Assembly (NCBI GenBank): GCA_009775125.1
Contig: VSPD01000005.1
Span: 6,071-70,070 of the forward strand
From: Muribaculaceae bacterium
GTDB lineage: Bacteria; Bacteroidota; Bacteroidia; Bacteroidales; Muribaculaceae
Reading direction: 5' to 3'
DNA length: 64,000 nt
Position numbers and translations under genes: made by a program. This document shows, one piece after another, positions 19,975-28,883 of the stretch. Numbering within the stretch: position 1 is the first letter of the stretch; the number at the start of each line of letters is the position of its first letter. The notes under the pieces are model-generated. The model was not told the origin of the DNA. It saw nothing but the letters and a program-made list of their open reading frames with translations, and made no database searches.

Positions 19975-20661
19975 ATGAACAATAACGATTTCCGCAATTA
20001 CGCCGTCCGTCACCTCGGCATGAACGGCCTTGCGCTCGACCAATACGCCGCCTCGGTAAATTCCGTGGCCGCATCCTATATATCCCCGACCATCATCGAG
20101 GAGCGTCAGCTCAATGTGGCGCAAATGGACGTGTTCTCGCGCCTGATGATGGACCGCATCATTTTCCTCGGCACGCAGGTCGACGACTATTCGGCCAACG
20201 TGATTCAAGCCCAGCTGCTTTTCCTCGACTCGTCGGATCCCGGCAAGGATGTGTCTATCTACATCAACTCGCCCGGCGGCTCGGTTTACGCCGGCCTCGG
20301 CATCTACGACACGATGCAGTATATCTCGTCTGACGTGGCCACTATATGCACAGGCATGGCCGCATCCATGGCCGCAGTGCTGCTCGTGGCCGGCGAGAAA
20401 GGCAAACGCTTCGCCCTGCCCCACTCGCGCGTGATGATTCACCAGCCCATGGGCGGCGCTCAGGGCCAGGCTTCCGACATCGAAATCACTGCCCGCGAGA
20501 TTCAAAAACTCAAAAAGGAGCTTTACACCATCATAGCCGACCATTCCGGCCAGCCGTTTGAAAAAGTGGAACGCGACTCCGACCGCGACTACTGGATGAC
20601 CGCTCAGGAAGCCCTCGACTACGGCATGATCGACAATATCCTCACCAAAGCCAAGAAATAA
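19975..20661 (+). CDS. clpP: ATP-dependent Clp protease proteolytic subunit
   Basis: [29 protein letters not shown] (active-site Ser) and MIHQPMGG. Confidence 0.95.
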   Translation: MNNNDFRNYAVRHLGMNGLALDQYAASVNSVAASYISPTIIEERQLNVAQMDVFSRLMMDRIIFLGTQVDDYSANVIQAQLLFLDSSDPGKDVSIYINSPGGSVYAGLGIYDTMQYISSDVATICTGMAASMAAVLLVAGEKGKRFALPHSRVMIHQPMGGAQGQASDIEITAREIQKLKKELYTIIADHSGQPFEKVERDSDRDYWMTAQEALDYGMIDNILTKAKK

Positions 20662-21917
20662 TGGCCAAGAACACTAATAAATGTTCCTACTGCGGCCGCG
20701 GCGGCGATGCCGTCGAGTTCCTTGTGCCCAACCACAATGGCTCGGCTGCCGTGTGCCCCGACTGTATCAACCAGCTCCATGACATGATCGTGCAATATAT
20801 GGGCGACATAGCATCCGGAGCCAAGGCCAAGAAAGCGAAAGACGCCGGCATCGACCTGAACAAGGTGCCGAAGCCCAAGGAAATAAAGGCTTTCCTCGAC
20901 CAATATGTGATTGGCCAGGACGCCGCCAAACGCTACCTGTCGGTGGCCGTGTACAACCACTACAAGCGTCTTGCCCAAGAGCACGGCGACGATGATGTGG
21001 ATATCGAAAAGAGCAATATAATCCTTGTCGGCCCCACCGGCACCGGCAAGACTCTGCTGGCCAAGACAATAGCCAAGCTGCTCGACGTGCCCTTCACCAT
21101 TGTCGACGCCACGGTGCTTACCCAGGCCGGATATGTGGGTGAGGACATCGAGAGCCTCCTCACCCGCCTGCTGCAAGTAGCCGACTACGACGTGGAGAAA
21201 GCCGAGCGCGGCATTGTGTTCATCGACGAGATAGACAAGATAGCGCGAAAGGGCGACAACCCGTCGATTACGCGCGACGTGTCGGGCGAAGGCGTGCAGC
21301 AAGGCTTGCTCAAGCTCCTCGAAGGCTCCATCGTGAACGTGCCCCCGCAAGGCGGACGCAAGCACCCGGAGCAGAAGATGATACCCGTCGACACCAAAAA
21401 CATATTATTTATATGTGGAGGAGCCTTCGACGGCATCGAGCAGAAGATTGCCCACCGCATGAACTCGCATGTCGTGGGATACTCCACCGACTCGCGCCGC
21501 CGGCATATTAACAAGGACGACTTCATGCGCCATGTTGCCCCGCAGGACCTCAAATCGTTTGGCCTCATCCCCGAGATTATCGGCCGATTGCCAATCGTGA
21601 CCGCGCTCGACCGCCTCGACCGCGACGCCCTGCGCCGCGTGCTCACCGAGCCCAAGAACGCCATCACCCGCCAATATGTGAAACTTTTCGCCATGGACGG
21701 CGTAACGCTCGAATTTGCCGACGACGCCCTCGATTTCATTGTCGACAAGGCTATCGAATTCAAACTCGGCGCCCGCGGCCTTCGCTCAATTGTAGAGACC
21801 ATAATGATCGACGCAATGTTTGAAGTGCCCTCGGCCGACGAAAAGACATTCACCGTCACGGCCGATTACTGCCGTCGCAAGCTCGACGAAGCCGGATTCG
21901 ACGCCCCCGCGGTGTAA
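20661..21917 (+). CDS. clpX: ATP-dependent Clp protease ATP-binding subunit ClpX
   Basis: Zinc ribbon CSYCGR...CPDCI, Walker A GPTGTGKTLLA, and IVFIDEIDKI. TAATG overlap with clpP. Confidence 0.95.
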   Translation: MAKNTNKCSYCGRGGDAVEFLVPNHNGSAAVCPDCINQLHDMIVQYMGDIASGAKAKKAKDAGIDLNKVPKPKEIKAFLDQYVIGQDAAKRYLSVAVYNHYKRLAQEHGDDDVDIEKSNIILVGPTGTGKTLLAKTIAKLLDVPFTIVDATVLTQAGYVGEDIESLLTRLLQVADYDVEKAERGIVFIDEIDKIARKGDNPSITRDVSGEGVQQGLLKLLEGSIVNVPPQGGRKHPEQKMIPVDTKNILFICGGAFDGIEQKIAHRMNSHVVGYSTDSRRRHINKDDFMRHVAPQDLKSFGLIPEIIGRLPIVTALDRLDRDALRRVLTEPKNAITRQYVKLFAMDGVTLEFADDALDFIVDKAIEFKLGARGLRSIVETIMIDAMFEVPSADEKTFTVTADYCRRKLDEAGFDAPAV

Positions 21918-21967
21918 TAAAACGCAACAAACACAAGTATGAATCAAACAAAAATCAATGTAACGAT

Positions 21968-22063
21968 TGTAGGGACGCACGGCTCGTGCGTCCGGTATCA
22001 AGAGATGCAACTCCCGGCTGTTTACAGGATTCTACGCGGACGCACGAGCCGTGCGTCCCTACA
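21968..22063. repeat. REP-A doublet (two inverted units, REPIN-like)
   Basis: TGTAGGGACGCACGGCTCGTGCGTCC (21968-21993) and its exact reverse complement (22038-22063) are separated by a 44-nt spacer. The doublet lies between clpX and recQ. Confidence 0.92.
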
Positions 22064-22181
22064 CTCTTGACAAATAAACGATACATTAATTATTTGTTCC
22101 GTACATTTAAATATAATCTCGAATCAATAAACAAAGCAAGAAGCAGACACCACTCCCTATCATTATAATTCCTGATCGACC

Positions 22182-24362
22182 ATGACAACCACCTTATCAC
22201 TCACCGACGCGCTCAAACGCCATTTCGGCTTTGACACGTTCAAAGGCAATCAAGAGCAGATCATGACCAACCTGATGGAAGGCCGTGACACTTTCGTGCT
22301 CATGCCCACCGGCGGAGGCAAATCGCTGTGCTACCAACTGCCCGCCCTGCTGATGCCCGGCACTGCGATCGTAATCTCGCCATTGATAGCCTTGATGAAA
22401 AATCAGGTGGATGCCATGCGCAATTTCAGCGAAGACGACAATGTGGCACATTTCCTGAACTCGTCGCTCAACCGCGCCGCCATCGACGCTGTAAAAGCCG
22501 ACATCATAGCCGGGAAAACCAAACTGCTGTATGTGGCGCCGGAATCGCTTACAAAGGAGGAGAACATCGAGTTCCTGAAAACTGTCGACATCTCTTTCTA
22601 TGCCATCGACGAGGCACACTGCATCTCGGAATGGGGACACGACTTCCGTCCGGAATACCGCCGGATACGTCCGATTATCAACGAAATCGGCACACGTCCG
22701 GTTATAGCCCTCACGGCCACAGCCACCCCGAAGGTGCAGCACGACATACAGAAAAATCTCGGCATGACCGACTGCGCGGTGTTCAAATCGTCGTTCAACC
22801 GCCCCAACCTCTATTACGAGGTAAAGCAGAAGACGGCAAACATCGACAAGGACATAATCCGGTTCATAAAGCAGAACCCCGGCAAGTCCGGAATAATCTA
22901 CTGCCTGAGCCGCAAGAAGGTGGAGGAACTGGCCGAACTGCTGCGCGTCAACAACATACCGGCGCTCCCCTACCACGCCGGCATGGACGCCGCCACCCGC
23001 TCGGCCAACCAAGACGCTTTCCTTCTCGAAAATGTCGACGTGATTGTGGCCACGATAGCATTCGGCATGGGCATCGACAAGCCCGACGTGAGGTTTGTGA
23101 TACATTACGACATGCCTAAATCCCTCGAAGGATACTACCAGGAGACCGGACGTGCCGGACGCGACGGCGGCGAAGGTCAGTGTCTCACATTTTACTCTGC
23201 CCGCGACTTGAAGAAAATGGAAAAATTCATGCAGGGCAAACCCGTCGCCGAACAAGAAATAGGGCGGCAGCTGCTCGCCGAGACGGCATCCTATGCCGAA
23301 ACGTCGATGTGCCGCCGCCGTTCTCTCCTTCACTATTTCGGTGAAGTATACAACGAAGAAAATTGTGGCAACTGCGACAATTGTTTAAACCCCAAGAAAC
23401 GTGTGGAAGCAAAAGAAGATTTACTTGCCGCATTAGAAACCATTGCGGCTCTGAAAGAAAAATTCAAACCCGACCATGTAATCAACGTCATGCGTGGCAA
23501 AGCCACCAACGACGTAGTGTCTTACGGACATGACCAGCTCGATGTGTTCGGCTGCGCCGAATCGGCCGACGAACGCTATCTCACGGCCCTGCTGCGTCAG
23601 GCCGTGATTTCAGGCTACCTCGACCGTGACATCGAGAAATTCGGAATTCTGCGCATAACGGCCGATGGCAAAAAATATGCCAAACACCCCGTATCGTTCA
23701 AGATTGTGGAAGACACCGACTTTTCCGAGGAAGAGGAAGAACCGGTAGTGAAGGGCGGAGCGGCTTGCGCCGTAGACCCGACGCTTTACAACATCCTCAA
23801 GGACATGCGCAAGAAAGTGGCCAAACGCCTCGATTTGCCTCCGTATGTCATATTCCAGGATTTTTCTCTCGAAGCCATGGCCACGACCTATCCCGTGACC
23901 ATCGAGGAGCTCCAGAACATTGCAGGCGTGGGCGCCGGAAAGGCCAAACGCTACGGCGAGGAGTTCATAGCCATGATTAAGAAATATGTCGACGAGAACG
24001 AAATCGAACGTCCCGAGGACCTTCGCGTGCGCTCCGTAGCTAACAAGAGCAAACAAAAAATCGCCATAATCCAGGCTATCGACCATCGCGCGCCCCTCGA
24101 CGAATTCGCAGAATCGAAAGGACTTGAATTTGGCGAGCTCCTCGACGAAATCGAGTCAATCGTCTACTCAGGAAGCAAAATCAACATCTCGTATTATATA
24201 GATGACGTGATGGACGAAGACCTTCAAGACGAAATCTTCCAATACTTCAAGGAAAGCGACTCCGACGACCTTAAAAAGGCTATCGACGAGCTTGGCGACG
24301 AGTTCTCGGAAGAAGAAATCCGCCTGATACGTATCAAATTCCTTTCTGAACTCGGCTATTGA
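22182..24362 (+). CDS. recQ: ATP-dependent DNA helicase RecQ
   Basis: PTGGGKSLCYQLPA, DEAHCISEWGHDFRPEY, a RecQ zinc-binding Cys cluster (C..C..C.NC), then RQC and C-terminal HRDC-like regions. Confidence 0.95.
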   Translation: MTTTLSLTDALKRHFGFDTFKGNQEQIMTNLMEGRDTFVLMPTGGGKSLCYQLPALLMPGTAIVISPLIALMKNQVDAMRNFSEDDNVAHFLNSSLNRAAIDAVKADIIAGKTKLLYVAPESLTKEENIEFLKTVDISFYAIDEAHCISEWGHDFRPEYRRIRPIINEIGTRPVIALTATATPKVQHDIQKNLGMTDCAVFKSSFNRPNLYYEVKQKTANIDKDIIRFIKQNPGKSGIIYCLSRKKVEELAELLRVNNIPALPYHAGMDAATRSANQDAFLLENVDVIVATIAFGMGIDKPDVRFVIHYDMPKSLEGYYQETGRAGRDGGEGQCLTFYSARDLKKMEKFMQGKPVAEQEIGRQLLAETASYAETSMCRRRSLLHYFGEVYNEENCGNCDNCLNPKKRVEAKEDLLAALETIAALKEKFKPDHVINVMRGKATNDVVSYGHDQLDVFGCAESADERYLTALLRQAVISGYLDRDIEKFGILRITADGKKYAKHPVSFKIVEDTDFSEEEEEPVVKGGAACAVDPTLYNILKDMRKKVAKRLDLPPYVIFQDFSLEAMATTYPVTIEELQNIAGVGAGKAKRYGEEFIAMIKKYVDENEIERPEDLRVRSVANKSKQKIAIIQAIDHRAPLDEFAESKGLEFGELLDEIESIVYSGSKINISYYIDDVMDEDLQDEIFQYFKESDSDDLKKAIDELGDEFSEEEIRLIRIKFLSELGY

Positions 24363-25783
24363 TGGAACAGCTCGCATCACTCTACCAGGCTTACACGGGC
24401 ACCGCGCCCGATAAAGTGACGGAACTGCCGGCATCGGGTTCAAACCGCCGTTATTTCCGTCTCGAAGGCTCCCCCACGCTTATCGGCGTGGTGGGCACAT
24501 GCCTCGAGGAAAACGAAGCGTTCCTCTACATGGCCGACCATTTCCTCAAGCACAACATACCCGTGCCGCGCGTGGTGGCCGTAGCCGACGACCGCATGTC
24601 GTATCTTCAAGAAGACCTTGGCGACACGCTGCTGTTCGGCGCCATCGAGAAAGGACGACTCACCCGCTCGTTCTCCACCGACGAACGCCGGCTTCTTGCC
24701 GACACTATCCGCCTGCTCCCCGACATACAGTTTATGGGAGCCGTGGGCATGGACTTCTCCAAATGCTACCCGGCGGCGGAATTCGACACCCGCTCGATAA
24801 TGTGGGACCTCAACTATTTCAAATACTGCTTTCTCAAAGCCACCGGCCTCGAATTTTCCGAAGATCGCCTCGAAGACGATTTCCAGGCCCTGGCCGAAGT
24901 GCTCATGCGGTCGAAATCGTCGACATTCATGTACCGCGACTTCCAATCGCGCAACGTGATGATAAAAGACGGGCAGCCTTGGTTTATCGACTTCCAGGGC
25001 GGCCGCAAAGGCCCCTACTTCTACGACGTGGCCTCGTTCCTGTGGCAGGCAAAAGCCAATTTCCCCGACGGCCTGCGTCATGAGCTGATAAAGGAATACA
25101 TCGACGCGCTTAAAAAATACAAGCCCGTCGACGAAGAATATTTCCTCGAGCAGCTGCGGCATTTCGTGCTGTTCCGCACCTTGCAGGTGCTCGGCGCTTA
25201 CGGCTACCGTGGCTACTTCGAGAAGAAGCCCCACTTCCTCCAAAGCGTGCCCTTCGCCCTGGCCAACCTCCGCGCCATACTCGACAAGCCTTTCGTAGAG
25301 TATCCCTATCTCGACTCCATGCTCCGCCAGCTTGTAGACATGAAGCAGTTCTCCGACGAGCTTCAAAAGCGCACGCTCACCGTGAAAGTCATGTCGTTTG
25401 CCTACAAGAAAGGCATCCCCAACGACACATCGGGCAACGGCGGCGGATTTGTCTTCGACTGCCGCGCCGTGAACAACCCCGGCAAATACGAACGCTACAA
25501 GCCCTTTACCGGGCTCGACAAGGAAGTGATAAAATTCCTTGAAGACGACGGCGAGATAACCACCTTCCTCGACCACTGCCGGGCATTGGTGGACGCATCG
25601 GTGCGCCGGTATATCGACCGCGGATTTTCCAACCTGATGGTGTGCTTCGGCTGCACCGGCGGCCAGCACCGTTCGGTCTACTGCGCCCAGCACATGGCCG
25701 AGCACATTCACTCGCAGTTCAACGTAAAAGTAGAGCTTTTCCACCGCGAGCAAAACATCGAGCAACTCTTCAAACCGAAATAA
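24362..25783 (+). CDS. APH-fold sugar kinase (AmgK-like) fused to a RapZ C-terminal-type domain
   Basis: The N-terminal ~330 aa have a kinase fold with catalytic loop YRDFQSRNVMI and FIDFQG. The C-terminal ~135 aa read LTVKVMSFAYKKGIPND...FVFDCRAVNNPG...TGLDKEVIKFL...FGCTGGQHRSVY. These align with E. coli RapZ FSFGFKHGIP / VFDVRFLPNP / TGLDKPVAAFL / IGCTGGKHRSVY. Confidence 0.75.
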   Translation: MEQLASLYQAYTGTAPDKVTELPASGSNRRYFRLEGSPTLIGVVGTCLEENEAFLYMADHFLKHNIPVPRVVAVADDRMSYLQEDLGDTLLFGAIEKGRLTRSFSTDERRLLADTIRLLPDIQFMGAVGMDFSKCYPAAEFDTRSIMWDLNYFKYCFLKATGLEFSEDRLEDDFQALAEVLMRSKSSTFMYRDFQSRNVMIKDGQPWFIDFQGGRKGPYFYDVASFLWQAKANFPDGLRHELIKEYIDALKKYKPVDEEYFLEQLRHFVLFRTLQVLGAYGYRGYFEKKPHFLQSVPFALANLRAILDKPFVEYPYLDSMLRQLVDMKQFSDELQKRTLTVKVMSFAYKKGIPNDTSGNGGGFVFDCRAVNNPGKYERYKPFTGLDKEVIKFLEDDGEITTFLDHCRALVDASVRRYIDRGFSNLMVCFGCTGGQHRSVYCAQHMAEHIHSQFNVKVELFHREQNIEQLFKPK

Positions 25784-26532
25784 TGAAGGCAATGATATTC
25801 GCAGCCGGGCTCGGAACCCGGCTGCGCCCTTTCACCCTCGAGCATCCCAAGGCACTTGTGCCTGTGGGAGGGAAACCGATGCTGCGGCGCGTAATCGAGA
25901 AACTGCGCGACAGCGGCATCACGCGCATGGTGATAAACACCCACCATTTCGCCGACCAGATAGCCGACTATCTTGCCGACAACGACAATTTCGGTTGCGA
26001 CATAGACATCTCCTTCGAGCCGGAACTGCTCGACACAGGTGGTGGCTTGCTTAAAGCCCGCCCGTTGCTCGACGACGGCACCGACGAGCCTGTTTTGATA
26101 CACAACGCCGACATCCTCACCGACTTCCCCATCAAGGAAATGGAACATTGTTTCCTCGACAACGAAGCCGACGTAACACTGCTTGTCGACCGACGCGACA
26201 CATCTCGTTATTTCCTTTTCGGCCCAATCGGCTGCGCGCTAAGCGGCCACGTCAACCTCAAAAACGAGGCACCCGACGCTCGACAGAAACTTGAAGAATA
26301 CGGCTTCACGCTGCTTGCTTTCGGCGGCGTGCATATCGTCTCGCCGAAAGCGCTCGACGCCCTTGCCGAATATGCCGGCACACTCGACCGCCCCGACGGC
26401 CCCTTCTCCATCGTCGACTTCTACAAGCAAAACACCGACCTGTATATCACACCCTACACACCCACAGCTCCCTACCGCTGGCACGACATAGGCAAACTCT
26501 CCACCCTCGCCGAAGCCGAAAACACCCTCTGA
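25783..26532 (+). CDS. Sugar-1-phosphate nucleotidyltransferase (MurU-like)
   Basis: MKAMIFAAGLGTRLRPFTLEHPKALVPVGGKPML contains the GxGTRxxP...K motif. TAATG overlap with the upstream kinase mirrors the AmgK-MurU recycling pair. Confidence 0.75.
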   Translation: MKAMIFAAGLGTRLRPFTLEHPKALVPVGGKPMLRRVIEKLRDSGITRMVINTHHFADQIADYLADNDNFGCDIDISFEPELLDTGGGLLKARPLLDDGTDEPVLIHNADILTDFPIKEMEHCFLDNEADVTLLVDRRDTSRYFLFGPIGCALSGHVNLKNEAPDARQKLEEYGFTLLAFGGVHIVSPKALDALAEYAGTLDRPDGPFSIVDFYKQNTDLYITPYTPTAPYRWHDIGKLSTLAEAENTL

Positions 26533-26549
26533 CAGACAGATTGCCACAT

Positions 26550-26786
26550 AATCGCGTAGCGATTTCCGAAAGTAGCCGTGGGTGGAGCGCAGCGTAACCC
26601 ACGGTTTATCAATGGATAAGCATTCCGGTATTGGAGCGGAGCCTGCCGGAGCGTTCGACAGTGCCAACCGTGATGTAGAACGCTACGCTCGCGCTCCGCT
26701 CCAATACCACGGATGATGCCAAACTGCATACCGGGGGTTTCGCTGCCGCTTCACCCCCGGCTATCGTCTTGAATCGCTACGCGATT
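26550..26786. repeat. Structured intergenic repeat, family C, copy 2 (nested palindrome)
   Basis: Outer arms are AATCGCGTAGCGATT (26550-26564) and AATCGCTACGCGATT (26772-26786). There are H2-type hairpins at 26576-26604 and 26731-26760. Inner arms are GGTATTGGAGCGGAGC (26627-26642) and GCTCCGCTCCAATACC (26693-26708). Confidence 0.85.
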
Positions 26787-26849
26787 CTCTGCTCCGCCAA
26801 ACTTCCAAACTTCCCAACTTCCAATCTCCCCAACTTCTCAACCCCTCGC

Positions 26850-28877
26850 ATGTTCAACCCCGACGACGTAGACACTTCTTCAAAAGAATTTCAGGATGCC
26901 CTCTCGCTCATGACCTACACCAACCAAAGCGTGTTTCTCACCGGCAAGGCGGGCACGGGCAAATCCACATTCTTGAAATATCTCACCGCCACCACACGGA
27001 AAAAATATGTGATTCTCGCGCCTACGGGAATCGCGGCGGTGAATGCCGGCGGCCAGACAATACACTCTTTTTTCAAACTCCCGTTCGCGCCACTCACTGT
27101 CGACGACCCCGAAATACGTTCGGGCCGCCGTCTGCGCCAACGCTTCAAGTATAACAAGGAGATGGTCGACTTGCTGCAAGCCGTCGACCTGATTATAATC
27201 GACGAGGTGTCGATGGTACGCGCCGACACGATCGACCTTATCGACCGCATCCTCCGGGTGTATTGCTCCGACATGCGCCGACCGTTTGCCGGCAAACAGC
27301 TCCTGCTCGTGGGCGACATATTCCAACTGGAACCCGTGATAAAATCGGATATGCGCGATGCTCTCTCATTCTCATATCCGTCGGGGTCATATTTCTTCAA
27401 CGCAAGGGCGTTCTCGGCGCTCGAACTCGTGCCTATCGAACTGTCGAAAGTGTTCCGCCAGAGCAATACCGAATTTATCGCCATGCTCGACCGCATCCGT
27501 ACCGGAAACCCCTCAGGACAGGACATTGCTTTGCTCAACGCCAAGGTAAACCCAAACGCCGACGGCACCAAAGGCGAATCGTTCACGATGACCATTGCCA
27601 CACGCCGCGACATTGTCGACGCCATCAACGAGCGGCACATGGCGGCTATCGAGCGGCCCGAACGACGGTTTACAGGGCAACTCCACGGCGACTTCCCACA
27701 AAACTCGTTGCCAACCGACCTTGAACTGGTGCTGAAAGAAGGGGCGCAGGTGGTGTTTGTGAAAAACGACATGGAGCACCGCTGGGTCAACGGCACCATC
27801 GGACGCATCGACGAATTTTTGGACGACGGCATCCGCGTCGAGCTCGCCGACGGCGTGAAGCATGTTGTCGACGTCGAGGCGTGGACCAACATGAAATACA
27901 CCTACAACGAGGAGAAAAAAGAAATCGAGGAGGAAGAACTGGGCAGTTTCACGCAATACCCGCTCAAACCGGCGTGGGCCATAACGATACACAAGAGCCA
28001 GGGGCTTACGTTCGACAGCGTAATCATAGACATAGGCCAAGGCGCATTCTCGTCGGGCCAGAGCTATGTGGCATTGAGCCGCTGCCGATCGCTCGAAGGC
28101 ATCACGCTGCGATCCACTATCAACGCACGCGACATTTTTGTAAACCCTCGCATCGTGGAGTTCAGCCGACGGTTCAACAACGGTTCGCTCATTCGCGGAG
28201 CCCTCGACAACGCCCGCGCCGACCTTTGCTACCGCCAGGCCGCGAGCCTTTTCGACCGCGGCGACATTGCCGGCGCGCTCGACAACTTTTTCCGTGCCGT
28301 AGAGGCCCGGTCGGAACTCGGGTCCGAGACCGTGCAACGCCTTATCCGCCGTAAACTCGGCATAATCGACTCATTGAAAAGAGAAGTGGAAACCCTGCGC
28401 GCCCGCCTCGACGACGACCGCCAACGCTTCGACTCTCTCGCCGAAGAATACATAGCCCTCGGCCGTGAAACCTTGAACGGAGGCTGGGATGCCGACGCGG
28501 CCATGCGCAATTTCGACAAGGCCCTGTCGCTCTCGCCCGACAATGTCGACGCTCTTCTTGGCAAAGCCGACGTGTATTCGGCGCAATCCGACATCGACGG
28601 CGCTCTCGTATGCCTGAACACAGCCATCGACGCCGATCCCGACGACAGCCGGCCGCTCATCGAAGCCGGCGACCTGCTCGTGCAGTCGGGCGACACCATC
28701 GGAGGCATGGACTATCTGCTCCGCGCTCTCGACATCGACGGGGAGAATCCCGCCGTACACTCCGCGCTTGCCAACGGATACGAAGCGGCCGGCGATGACG
28801 ACAATGCCAAGCTCCACCGCCGCAAGGCCAACCGCCTGCGCAACAATCCCAAAAACGACAAACTAAAAAGCGATTAG
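26850..28877 (+). CDS. Pif1/RecD-like SF1B DNA helicase with C-terminal TPR-like region
   Basis: ATG at 26850. Walker A GKAGTGKST, IIIDEVSMV, and the late motif AITIHKSQGLTFD. The last ~200 aa are helical repeats (ALSLSPDNVDALLGKADVY..., ALDIDGENPAVHSALANGYEAAGD). Confidence 0.8.
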   Translation: MFNPDDVDTSSKEFQDALSLMTYTNQSVFLTGKAGTGKSTFLKYLTATTRKKYVILAPTGIAAVNAGGQTIHSFFKLPFAPLTVDDPEIRSGRRLRQRFKYNKEMVDLLQAVDLIIIDEVSMVRADTIDLIDRILRVYCSDMRRPFAGKQLLLVGDIFQLEPVIKSDMRDALSFSYPSGSYFFNARAFSALELVPIELSKVFRQSNTEFIAMLDRIRTGNPSGQDIALLNAKVNPNADGTKGESFTMTIATRRDIVDAINERHMAAIERPERRFTGQLHGDFPQNSLPTDLELVLKEGAQVVFVKNDMEHRWVNGTIGRIDEFLDDGIRVELADGVKHVVDVEAWTNMKYTYNEEKKEIEEEELGSFTQYPLKPAWAITIHKSQGLTFDSVIIDIGQGAFSSGQSYVALSRCRSLEGITLRSTINARDIFVNPRIVEFSRRFNNGSLIRGALDNARADLCYRQAASLFDRGDIAGALDNFFRAVEARSELGSETVQRLIRRKLGIIDSLKREVETLRARLDDDRQRFDSLAEEYIALGRETLNGGWDADAAMRNFDKALSLSPDNVDALLGKADVYSAQSDIDGALVCLNTAIDADPDDSRPLIEAGDLLVQSGDTIGGMDYLLRALDIDGENPAVHSALANGYEAAGDDDNAKLHRRKANRLRNNPKNDKLKSD

Positions 28878-28883
28878 GCAGGT

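Noticed and set aside
24440-25792. 450-aa ORF antisense to the AmgK-like kinase gene, with similar long antisense ORFs at 35213-36283, 36680-37990, 46552-47736, 39243-40208 and 15271-16242
   Set aside because: All lie opposite ORFs with strong family motifs and have biased composition rich in Val, Gly, His, Ala and Arg. None has a signal or domain signature.
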